Below the pieces are notes generated by a model. It was given only the letters and a program-made list of their open reading frames with translations. It was not told the DNA's origin and did no database searches. DNA of 64,000 nt from positions 3,264,001 through 3,328,000 of the forward strand of contig OZ255842.1 of NCBI GenBank assembly GCA_965277805.1, read 5' to 3'. The stretch comes from Candidatus Lustribacter sp. Lineage in GTDB: Bacteria; Vulcanimicrobiota; Vulcanimicrobiia; Vulcanimicrobiales; Vulcanimicrobiaceae. This document shows positions 19,037 through 27,300 of the stretch, piece after piece. The position numbers and the translations under genes were made by a program. Numbering within the stretch: the first letter of the stretch is position 1; each line of letters starts with the position of its first letter.

Positions 19037-19799
19037 GTGCGTGCACCGGCGCAAACAAACGGCGCAAATGATCGCAGATCTCGATGAAGGCCGGCGAGAC
19101 CATGCTCGAGAGATCGCGCGGGCGCGGTAACGAGACGCTCACGACCTCGACGATCCGCCCCGGACGTTCCGAGAGCACGATGATGCGATCGGCCAAGAAC
19201 GCAGCTTCTTGGATCGAGTGCGTGATGAAGATGACCGACTTTTTTGCGGCGTTCGTGATCGCTTGCAGTTCGAGCGTCATCTGCTCGCGCGTCAGCGCGT
19301 CGAGCGCCGCAAAGGGTTCGTCCATCAAGAGCAGCGCCGGATCGTGCACGAGGCCGCGCGCAATGCCGACGCGCTGCTGCATGCCGCCCGACAACTCGTG
19401 CGGGTAATACTGCGCGAATGCTTCGAGGCCGACCATCGCGACGAGCTCGTCGGCGCGCTTCTCCGTGTGGGGCGTTTGCGTGCCGAGCACGCGCAACGGC
19501 ACCAGCACGTTTTCGCGCACGGTCTTCCATGGCAGAAGCGTCGGCTTCTGAAACACGATGCCGACGTCGCGCCGCGGCCGGTCGATGACCTCGCCGTTGA
19601 GCCGCGCTTCACCATGCGTCGCAGGGAGCAAACCCGAGAGCAGCTTGAGCAGCGTGGACTTGCCGCAGCCCGACGGGCCGAGCACGGCAACGAACTCGCC
19701 GTCTTCCTGATCGAAGCTCAGCGGGCCGAGGGCCTCTAATGGGCCGCGACTCGTCTGATACGTCAGCTGGAGGTCGCGCAGCGATAGGCGTCCGCTCAT
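19029..19799 (-). CDS. ABC transporter ATP-binding protein (SsuB/TauB-like)
   Basis: GPSGCGKST, LSGGMQQR, LLMDEPFAALD and FITH motifs. Confidence 0.95.
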   Translation of the reverse strand: MSGRLSLRDLQLTYQTSRGPLEALGPLSFDQEDGEFVAVLGPSGCGKSTLLKLLSGLLPATHGEARLNGEVIDRPRRDVGIVFQKPTLLPWKTVRENVLVPLRVLGTQTPHTEKRADELVAMVGLEAFAQYYPHELSGGMQQRVGIARGLVHDPALLLMDEPFAALDALTREQMTLELQAITNAAKKSVIFITHSIQEAAFLADRIIVLSERPGRIVEVVSVSLPRPRDLSSMVSPAFIEICDHLRRLFAPVHAHA

Positions 19800-20818
19800 C
19801 AGGCCGCGGACTGCGCGAGCTCCGCGTTGGCGAACTCCTCCGGCCGGTGGACCGGGTGCTTGCCGACCTTCACCAGCGCGTCATAGATCATCGCGATCTC
19901 GTCGGCCGGCGGCGGCACTTGCGGCAGACGCATGTACGCGTTCGGAATGTGTCCGAGCATCCACGACGCGATCTTGAACCGATAGTGGAAATAGGTGAAG
20001 CTGCGGCCGATCGCGAGCCCGTAGATCACATCGGCGAGCGGCTTCATGCGCGCCTGGATCGCGTTGGCTGTGACGTGATCGCCGGCCATGTACGCCGTGT
20101 AGAGCGCGATGTTTTCCTCGACGCGCACGCTCTCGCAGGCGTTGATCGTCCCCATGCCGCCGGCGTCGAACGTGCCGACCAGGTTCGCATCGCCGGCGAT
20201 CAGCGCGTTGACCGTGCGGCCGGTCTTCTCGCCGGCGCGGCGCAGCGCCGAGACGCAATCGGTAAACGAGTTTTCGCCGGTCGCGATGCCGCGCACCGCG
20301 ATCTTCATGCCGACGAGATATTCGCACGTCGTCGCGAGGCGCTCGAACGTCTGCGGCATGATGCGGCAGCTGCTCTTATCGCCCGGTCCGCCGTAGATGA
20401 GGAACGGCACCTTCGTTGCCCGGTCGATCGCGGAGAAGTGCGCGATCGCCATCGCATCGGCCGTTTCCGCATCCCAGCCGACGATATTCGGCAGGCAGTA
20501 CAGGATCATGTCGACGCCGTGTTCTTTGAGCGCCGAGGCTTGATCGATCGCCGACCACGTCGAGTCGGCGATGACGCCGCCCATCACCGGAACGCTGCCG
20601 CGGCTTTCCTCGCGCGCGATATCGATCACGCGCAGCCGCTCGTCCATCGTGAGGCACTCCGTTTCGCCGGCATGTCCGCCGACGCACAATCCGTGAACGC
20701 CCTGGTCGAGCAGGTAGCGCAGATGCGCGCGATACGCTTCTTCGTCGACGGCGCGGCAGGTCGCATCGGTATAGACGACCGGCGGTGAGGGAATGATGCC
20801 GTACGGTAAGCCGTTCAT
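19799..20818 (-). CDS. Dihydrodipicolinate synthase/N-acetylneuraminate lyase family protein (non-DapA)
   Basis: GLCVGGHAGE (in place of GTTGE), LIYGGP (Tyr) and VGMKIA (Schiff-base Lys). ATGA overlap with the iclR stop. Confidence 0.85.
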   Translation of the reverse strand: MNGLPYGIIPSPPVVYTDATCRAVDEEAYRAHLRYLLDQGVHGLCVGGHAGETECLTMDERLRVIDIAREESRGSVPVMGGVIADSTWSAIDQASALKEHGVDMILYCLPNIVGWDAETADAMAIAHFSAIDRATKVPFLIYGGPGDKSSCRIMPQTFERLATTCEYLVGMKIAVRGIATGENSFTDCVSALRRAGEKTGRTVNALIAGDANLVGTFDAGGMGTINACESVRVEENIALYTAYMAGDHVTANAIQARMKPLADVIYGLAIGRSFTYFHYRFKIASWMLGHIPNAYMRLPQVPPPADEIAMIYDALVKVGKHPVHRPEEFANAELAQSAA

Positions 20819-21603
20819 GTGAGTGCTGGCTCTCCTTGTAGTTTCCGGCATAACTCGCGGCCGGCCTCGATTGTTGCGCTGATGCACCGTTGGCGGTGGC
20901 TGCCGCTCCAGCGCGCGGTGGGGCAGACGACGACCACTGCACCACGCACCGCACCCGAAACGTCGAGAACCGGCACGCCGACCGAGGAAACGCCTTCATC
21001 GAGTTCGCCCGTGCTCTCCGCGTAGCCGCGCTGACGCGTTTCCTGCAGTTCGGGCCGCAGTTGCTCGACCGATGCGATCGTGCGGCGGGTGTACGTGCGG
21101 AAATTCAGCCGCGCCAGCATCGTTTCGATTTCGGGCGGAGGCAGAAACGCGAGCAGACTCTTACCCGAACAGCCGGCGTAGAGCGGTCCGCGATGGCCGA
21201 TCTCGTAAGCGACGTGCACGGGCTGCGCCGACTCGATCTTCTCGATGCACACCGACTCCAAGTCGCTGATGACGTGCAGCAGGGACGTCTCGCCGGTTTG
21301 CTCCGTGAGCGAACGCATGACCGGAAGCGCGATCTGACGGATGTCGAGCGACGCGAGCGCCGCGCCGGCGAGCCCGGCCACGACCGGGCCGAGTTGATAC
21401 CGCAGCGTCTGCGGATCGCGCTGCAGATAACGCGCAGAGAGCAGGGTCGATAGCAGGCGCGAGACCGTGGCCTTGCTCAAGCCCATGACCTGGGCGATTT
21501 CGGTCAGCGCCCAGCCCGTCGTCGGCCGTTCGGTAAAGAGAGCAAGTAAACGAAGGGCGCGGGTGACGGTTTGGAGCTCGCCGCCCTGACTCGACTTCTG
21601 CAT
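20815..21603 (-). CDS. IclR-family transcriptional regulator
   Basis: LQTVTRALRLL..LTEIAQVMGLSKATVSRLL HTH, TGETSLL, GCSGKSLLAF and RQRGYA..GE..GVSSVGVP motifs. Alternative start at 21624. Confidence 0.95.
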   Translation of the reverse strand: MQKSSQGGELQTVTRALRLLALFTERPTTGWALTEIAQVMGLSKATVSRLLSTLLSARYLQRDPQTLRYQLGPVVAGLAGAALASLDIRQIALPVMRSLTEQTGETSLLHVISDLESVCIEKIESAQPVHVAYEIGHRGPLYAGCSGKSLLAFLPPPEIETMLARLNFRTYTRRTIASVEQLRPELQETRQRGYAESTGELDEGVSSVGVPVLDVSGAVRGAVVVVCPTARWSGSHRQRCISATIEAGRELCRKLQGEPALT

Positions 21604-21605
21604 CG

Positions 21606-21622
21606 GTTCCACTTTGATGAAC
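21606..21622. promoter_or_regulatory. Putative IclR operator 1 (GTTCCAC-TTT-GATGAAC)
   Basis: Imperfect palindrome just upstream of iclR, similar to the site at 21757-21773. Confidence 0.5.
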
Positions 21623-21756
21623 ATAGTATCATTTTCGCGGCAAATGTCACCGAGCTTTCGCCGGCCGCCCGCACCAATCTCCTCATATTTGCTGCTCCAA
21701 TTGGATAGAGGCCTTACAGAACGCGTGGAGGTACCAGTTCCACTATGCCAGGAAGC

Positions 21757-21773
21757 GTTTCGCAAAGTGAAAC
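21757..21773. promoter_or_regulatory. Putative IclR operator 2 (GTTTCGC-AAA-GTGAAAC)
   Basis: Near-perfect 17-bp palindrome just before GTG 21781; an extra half-site GTTCCAC lies at 21737-21743. Confidence 0.55.
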
Positions 21774-21780
21774 TGCGAAA

Positions 21781-22998
21781 GTGACCGCGCTGCTCGACGG
21801 AGCGCATCTCGAGCGCGACATCGCGGCCTTCGCCGAGATGGGCCGCTCCGCAGCGGGCGGCTACGATCGCATCGCGTACTCGCCGGCCGATCGCGAAGCG
21901 CGCGACTGGCTCATCCGCGAGATGCGGGCGATCGGTCTTGACGTGCGGGAAGACGCGGTCGGCAACGTGATCGGCCGCCGCGAGGGCACCGATCCGACTT
22001 GCAAAGCGATCGCGATGGGATCGCACACCGACTCCGTTCCGAGCGGCGGCAACTACGACGGCGTGCTCGGCGTGCTCGGCGGCCTCGCCGTGCTCCGCAC
22101 GTTGCTCGACCACAACGTGCAGCTCCGCCATCCGGTCGAGCTCATCGACTTCGCAGCCGAAGAAGCGACGATGCCCGGCGGGACGGTCGGCAGCCGCGCG
22201 ATGGCCGGACTGCTGCCGCCCGAATTGCTCGAGGCGAAGGCGTTTGACGGCCAAACCCTCGCCGAACACATGCGCGCGTTCGGACTCGATCCCGCGCACT
22301 GGCGCCGCGCCCAGCGCGCCGCGGAAGATTTTGCGGCGTACCTCGAACTGCACATCGAACAGGGCGGCGTGCTCGAAGCGGAAGGCATTCCGATCGGCGT
22401 CGTGGCCGGCATCGTCGGCATTCGCCGCTACGCCGTGACCTATCACGGGATCGCAAACCACGCCGGCACGACGCCGATGGCCGCCCGTAAGGACGCGCTC
22501 GTTTTCGCCGCACCGTTTATCGGCGAGGTGCAGCGCGTCGCGATCGCACACGGTATCGTCGGCACGATCGGCACGCTGCAGATCTTCCCCGCCGCACCGA
22601 GCGTGATTCCCGGAGCGGTGCGGCTCGACGTGGAGATCCGCGCGATTTCGGAAGCGCTGCTCGACGGCGCGGAAGCCGAACTGCGCGCGATTGCAGAACG
22701 CAGCGGGGCTACGTTTGCACCCGTGTCCGATAAGCATCCGGTGCGCAGCGCGCCCGACATCATGCGCGACATGACGAAGGTCTGCGCAGAGCTTGGGATC
22801 GCGCAGAAAACGATGCCCAGCGGTGCCGGACACGATGCGATGTGCATTGCCACGCTCGCGCCGCAAGGGATGATCTTCGTCCCGAGCCGCGCCGGCATCA
22901 GCCACGCGCCGGAAGAATTCACCGAACCCGAACAGTGCATTGCCGGAGCACGCGTCTTGCTCGGCACGTTGCTCGAAGTTGACGCCACTTTTGAATAA
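21781..22998 (+). CDS. M20 Zn-dependent N-carbamoyl-amino-acid amidohydrolase (allantoate amidohydrolase/HyuC-like; candidate N-carbamoylglutamate hydrolase)
   Basis: GSHTDSVPSGGNYDGVLG, EEA, ELHIEQG, NHAGTTPM, SGAGHDA and ISHAPEE motifs. Alternative start ATG 21745. Confidence 0.92.
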   Translation: MTALLDGAHLERDIAAFAEMGRSAAGGYDRIAYSPADREARDWLIREMRAIGLDVREDAVGNVIGRREGTDPTCKAIAMGSHTDSVPSGGNYDGVLGVLGGLAVLRTLLDHNVQLRHPVELIDFAAEEATMPGGTVGSRAMAGLLPPELLEAKAFDGQTLAEHMRAFGLDPAHWRRAQRAAEDFAAYLELHIEQGGVLEAEGIPIGVVAGIVGIRRYAVTYHGIANHAGTTPMAARKDALVFAAPFIGEVQRVAIAHGIVGTIGTLQIFPAAPSVIPGAVRLDVEIRAISEALLDGAEAELRAIAERSGATFAPVSDKHPVRSAPDIMRDMTKVCAELGIAQKTMPSGAGHDAMCIATLAPQGMIFVPSRAGISHAPEEFTEPEQCIAGARVLLGTLLEVDATFE

Positions 22999-23017
22999 GA
23001 CGGAATAGAGGAAAGCC

Positions 23018-24448
23018 TTGGCCTTTGTACCCTACGACGCGATCGTCGCCGGCGGCACGCTCATCACAGCCGAGCGCACGTTCGCCGCGACGATCGCCGT
23101 GCGCGGCGGAAAGATCGCCGGTCTGCTGGCGCCGGATGAACGCCCGCCCGCACTCGACGTGATCGACGCGACCGGGATGCACGTCTTTCCGGGACTCGTC
23201 GACACGCACGTGCATTTGCGCGATCCCGGCCATACCGAACGCGAAGATTTTACGACCGGTACGCGCGCCGCGGCTGCCGGCGGCATCACCACGATCCTCG
23301 AGATGCCGATCTCCACACCGACCGTCAACTCGGCCGAAGTCTTCCGCGCGCGGCGCGCGATCGTCGGGCCGAAAACGGTCGTCGACTACGCGCTCTACGG
23401 CGCGGCCGGCCACGACAACCTCGATGAGATCGCGCCGATGGTCGCCGAGGGTGCGATTGCGTTCAAAACATTCCTGCACGCGCCGATGCCGGGCCGCGAG
23501 CACGAGTTCGTCGGCCTGTTTTGCATCGACGAAGGACGTTTGCGCGATCTGATGTTCGAGGTCGCCAAGACCGGCGTTCCCCACACGTTTCACTGCGAGA
23601 ACAACGCGATGCTGCACGCGCTCGAGCACAAGCTCGTCGAGAGCGGCCGCACCGACCCGATGGCCCACGCCGAGATGCGCCCGACGGTCGTCGAAGACGT
23701 GTCGGTCGCAACGATGCTCGCCATTGCCGCCGAAACCAAAGGGCACGTCCAGGTCGTGCACATGTCGAGCCCGATGGCGGCACAGCTCGTCAAGGAAGCG
23801 AAAGCCCGCGGCGTGCGCGTGACCGGCGAAACGTGTCCGCACTATCTATTCCTCAGCGAAGACGAACTGCGCATCTTCGGCCCCTACGCGAAGTGCAATC
23901 CCGTGTTGCGTAGCAACGCCGACCGCGACGCCTTCTGGAAGTACGTGCAAGACGGAACAATCGACGTGATCGGCAGCGATCACGCGCCGTACACCGAAGA
24001 AGAAAAGGAACGCGGAAGCGACAACATTTTCCGCGCGCCGTCCGGCTTTCCGGGACTCGAAGTGCAGTTTCCGCTGATGCTGACCGCCTATCACGACGGC
24101 AAGCTCTCGCTGTCCGATATCGCGCGCCTCACGGCCACACGCGCTTGCGAACTTTTCGCGCTGCCGCAGAAGGGCAAGATCGAGGAAGGCTGCGATGCGG
24201 ACTTCGCGATCGTCAACCTCGACGAAGCGTGGGCGTTCGAGATGAACGATGCCTTCAGCAAAGCGAAGGAAATCATGAAGGTCTACCAGGGCCGCAAGCT
24301 GCGCGGGAAGGTGGTCGCAACCATCGTGCGCGGAACGCGCGTCTTCGATCACGGCAAGATTTTGGTCGAGCCCGGCTTTGGAACGTTTCTCCGCCCGGAT
24401 CACAGCAAAGGGAAGACATGGGCCGCATACTCACCAGTCGCGACGTAG
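23018..24448 (+). CDS. Cyclic amidohydrolase (allantoinase/hydantoinase family; candidate hydantoin-5-propionate amidohydrolase)
   Basis: PGLVDTHVH, AAAGGITT..EMP, FKTF, FHCEN, VHMS, ETCPHY, KCNPVLR and GSDHAP motifs. Confidence 0.9.
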   Translation: MAFVPYDAIVAGGTLITAERTFAATIAVRGGKIAGLLAPDERPPALDVIDATGMHVFPGLVDTHVHLRDPGHTEREDFTTGTRAAAAGGITTILEMPISTPTVNSAEVFRARRAIVGPKTVVDYALYGAAGHDNLDEIAPMVAEGAIAFKTFLHAPMPGREHEFVGLFCIDEGRLRDLMFEVAKTGVPHTFHCENNAMLHALEHKLVESGRTDPMAHAEMRPTVVEDVSVATMLAIAAETKGHVQVVHMSSPMAAQLVKEAKARGVRVTGETCPHYLFLSEDELRIFGPYAKCNPVLRSNADRDAFWKYVQDGTIDVIGSDHAPYTEEEKERGSDNIFRAPSGFPGLEVQFPLMLTAYHDGKLSLSDIARLTATRACELFALPQKGKIEEGCDADFAIVNLDEAWAFEMNDAFSKAKEIMKVYQGRKLRGKVVATIVRGTRVFDHGKILVEPGFGTFLRPDHSKGKTWAAYSPVAT

Positions 24449-25500
24449 AGTTCGCCGTCAAGGGCGGCTCGGTGTTCGCCTGCGGCGGCGGCGGCTGGGC
24501 CGATCACGGCCGCGAACTCGGGACGACCGCGGTTACCGTCGGCCGGCCCGAACTCGTCGACATCGCCGATGTGCCCGGCGACGCGTGGATCGCGACCAGC
24601 GCCGCGATCGGCGCACCCGGCGGCCTCACCGAATGGCAGATGCTGGGCGTCGACTACGTGCGCGCGGTCGAGCTGCTTCAAGAAGCGCTGGGCGAGCCCA
24701 TCTACGGTTTGATCATCGGACAGAACGGCATGTCGAGCACGCTGAACGGCTGGCTGCCGTCCGCGCTCTTGGGCACGAAAGTCATCGATGCGGTTGGCGA
24801 TCTGCGCGCGCATCCAACCGGCGACATGGGTTCCCTCGGCATGGCGAACTCGCCCGAAGAAACGATCCAGAGTGCGGCGGGCGGTAATCGCGCGAAGAAC
24901 CAGTACATGGAACTCGTCGTGCGGGGCGCGACGGCCGGCGTCTCGCCCGTTTTGCGGCGCGCCGCCGATCAAGCCGGCGGCTTCATCGCGAGCGCGCGTA
25001 ATCCGATGCGCGCAAGCTTCGTGCGCGAGAAGGCTGCGCTCGGCGGGATCTCGCTCGCGCTCAAACTCGGCGAAGCCATTGAGGCGGCCGAACCGAAGGG
25101 GGGCGCCGCCGTCATCAAGGCGATCCGCGATACGTGCAAGGGCGACGTGCTCGCGCGCGGCACGGTCACGGCGAAGACGCTCGTCTACACGAACGAAGCG
25201 TTCGACATCGGTACGATCACGATCGCCGACGGCGCGAAGAAATTCGTCATCCACGTGATGAACGAGTACATGGCCGTCACCGAGGGCGACAACCGCTGCG
25301 CCACCTATCCCGACGTCATCACCACGCTCGACGCCGATGGACGGCCGGTCAGCGCGGGACACGTGCGCGAAGGCGACCAGCTCTCGATCTTCCACGTGCC
25401 GAAAACGCGCATCCCGCTCTCGGCCAGCGTGTTCGATCCGTCGGTGTATCCGGTCGTCGAGAAGGCGCTCGGCATCGACATCGCCTCATATGCGCTGTAA
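24418..25500 (+). CDS. DUF917-family protein (candidate thiohydantoin desulfhydrase)
   Basis: GGSVFACGGGG, IGAP, DAVGDLRAHP, AFDIG, MNEYM and YPDVI motifs match DUF917. ATG 24418 lies within the 3' end of the previous gene. Confidence 0.8.
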   Translation: MGRILTSRDVEFAVKGGSVFACGGGGWADHGRELGTTAVTVGRPELVDIADVPGDAWIATSAAIGAPGGLTEWQMLGVDYVRAVELLQEALGEPIYGLIIGQNGMSSTLNGWLPSALLGTKVIDAVGDLRAHPTGDMGSLGMANSPEETIQSAAGGNRAKNQYMELVVRGATAGVSPVLRRAADQAGGFIASARNPMRASFVREKAALGGISLALKLGEAIEAAEPKGGAAVIKAIRDTCKGDVLARGTVTAKTLVYTNEAFDIGTITIADGAKKFVIHVMNEYMAVTEGDNRCATYPDVITTLDADGRPVSAGHVREGDQLSIFHVPKTRIPLSASVFDPSVYPVVEKALGIDIASYAL

Positions 25501-27094
25501 AGGCTGGCGCCAAGAGGCGCTGCTGCGGATGCTCGAAAACGTGCTGGCCGTCGGCGAGAACCCGAAGGACCTCGTCGTGTACGCCGCCTTCGGCAAAGCC
25601 GCGCGCAACTGGCCCGCGCACGACGCGATCGTGCGCACGCTGACGGAACTCGAAGACGGCGAGACGATGATCGTGCAGTCCGGCAAGCCAATCGGCGTGA
25701 TCCGCACGCACGTGCACGCGCCCGTCGTGATCATGGCTAACTGCAACGTCGTCGGCCAATGGGCGACGGCCGAGAACTTCTATGCGCTGGAGAAACAGGG
25801 CCTGATCTGCTGGGGCGGCTTGACCGCCGGCGACTGGCAGTACATCGGCTCGCAGGGCGTGATCCAAGGCACCTACGAGATCTTCTCACGCATCGCCGAA
25901 CGCCACTTCGATAACGAACTGCGCGGACGTTTCATTTTGACGGCCGGGCTCGGCGGCATGGGCGGCGCGCAGCCGCTCGCCGGACGCCTGGCGGGCGCCG
26001 CGATCCTCGTGATCGAGGCCGATTCGGCGCGCATCGAGCGACGCATCGGCGACGGTTACCTGCAACATCGTGCCGCGTCGCTCGACGAGGCGCTGACGTT
26101 GATACGCGATGCGCAAGCGCGCAAAGAAGCGTGCTCGGTCGGGCTCGAGGGAAACGCCGCCGACGTCTATCCCGAGATCCTGCGCCGCGGCGTCGTCCCG
26201 GACATCGTTTCGGATCAGACCTCCGCGCACGATCTCATCTACGGTTACATTCCGTCGGGCTACTCACTCGCCGACGTGCGCCGTCTGCGCGACGACGATC
26301 CGGCGAAGCTGATGCGCGATGGGCTCGTATCGATCGGCAGACATGTCACCGCCATGCTCGGCTTCATGGACCGCGGCGCGGTCGTCTTCGACAACGGCAA
26401 CCTGATCCGTACGCAAGCGAAGAAAGCCGGCGTCGAGCGCGCCTTCGAGATCCAGATCTTCACCGAAGCCTTTTTGCGGCCGCTCTTCTGCCGCGGCATC
26501 GGACCGTTCCGCTGGGTTGCGCTCTCGAACGACCCCGAAGACATCCGCAAGATCGACGAATACGTGCTCGAACGTTTCCCGGACAACCGGATCGTGACGA
26601 ACTGGATCGCGCTCGCACGCGAACACGTGCCGTTCCAGGGGTTGCCGGCCCGCATCGCCTGGCTCGGTCACGGCGAACGCACCGCGCTCGCCATCGCCGT
26701 CAACGAGATGGTGCGCGAGGGCAAACTCGCCGCACCGGTGGCATTCACGCGCGATCACCTCGACGCGGGCGCGATGACGCATCCGAACATCATGACCGAG
26801 AACCTCATCGACGGCAGCGACGCGATCTCCGACTGGCCGCTGCTCAACGCAATGATGCACTGCTCGTCGATGGCCGATCTCGTCGCCATCCACTCCGGCG
26901 GCGGCGGCTACAGCGGCTATATGACGAGCGCCGGCGTCACCGTCGTCGCCGACGGCACCGACACCGCCAAACAACGCCTCACCCTCACCCAAACCAACGA
27001 CACCTCACTCGGCATCATGCGCTACGCCGACGCCGGCTATCCCGAAGCCCTCGACGAAGCCCGCCGCTCCAACATCCGCCACATTCCCTTATAA
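25490..27094 (+). CDS. Urocanate hydratase-family protein with non-canonical active-site motifs (thiourocanate hydratase-like)
   Basis: QSGKP, YIGSQG..QGTYE, TAGLGGMGGAQPLA, DQTSAHD, GPFRW, FQGLPARIAW, RDHLD, DGSDAISDWPLLN and MRYADAGY motifs. Confidence 0.9.
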   Translation: MRCKGWRQEALLRMLENVLAVGENPKDLVVYAAFGKAARNWPAHDAIVRTLTELEDGETMIVQSGKPIGVIRTHVHAPVVIMANCNVVGQWATAENFYALEKQGLICWGGLTAGDWQYIGSQGVIQGTYEIFSRIAERHFDNELRGRFILTAGLGGMGGAQPLAGRLAGAAILVIEADSARIERRIGDGYLQHRAASLDEALTLIRDAQARKEACSVGLEGNAADVYPEILRRGVVPDIVSDQTSAHDLIYGYIPSGYSLADVRRLRDDDPAKLMRDGLVSIGRHVTAMLGFMDRGAVVFDNGNLIRTQAKKAGVERAFEIQIFTEAFLRPLFCRGIGPFRWVALSNDPEDIRKIDEYVLERFPDNRIVTNWIALAREHVPFQGLPARIAWLGHGERTALAIAVNEMVREGKLAAPVAFTRDHLDAGAMTHPNIMTENLIDGSDAISDWPLLNAMMHCSSMADLVAIHSGGGGYSGYMTSAGVTVVADGTDTAKQRLTLTQTNDTSLGIMRYADAGYPEALDEARRSNIRHIPL

Positions 27095-27105
27095 TGTCAT
27101 CATAA

Positions 27106-27274
27106 TGTCATCCCGAGCACAGCGCCGAAGACGCGCCGTCGAGGGACCGCCCCGAATCGCTGCTACCGAGTGCGACAAAAATTATCCACTGCCGCCTTCG
27201 CGGTCGCACTCCAAGCTCGTAGATGGTGGCGCGCTCCTCGTCTACGTGCCTGCGGCACTTCGCTCGGAATGACA
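27106..27274. repeat. REP/MITE-like inverted-repeat element 1
   Basis: Left arm TGTCATCCCGAGC...GTCGAGGGACCGC; right arm (reverse complement) TGTCATTCCGAGCGAAGTGCCGCAGGCACGTAGACGAGGAGCGC. Lies between convergent genes. Confidence 0.75.
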
Positions 27275-27300
27275 GGGCGCTACATCTTCGCTTGCGAGTT

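Noticed and set aside
21625-22905. 696-aa ORF suggesting a long N-terminal fusion to IclR
   Set aside because: The extension is the antisense shadow of the M20 hydrolase gene and crosses the regulatory gap; IclR homology starts at about 21603.
21781-24448. Calling these allC/allB of purine catabolism
   Set aside because: The match is family-level only, no other purine degradation genes are present, and the context favours a hydantoin-propionate-type route.
25490-27094. Calling this hutU of a standard histidine utilisation operon
   Set aside because: No hutH/hutI/hutG is nearby, the motifs are altered, and the neighbours are DUF917, hydantoinase and carbamoylase.
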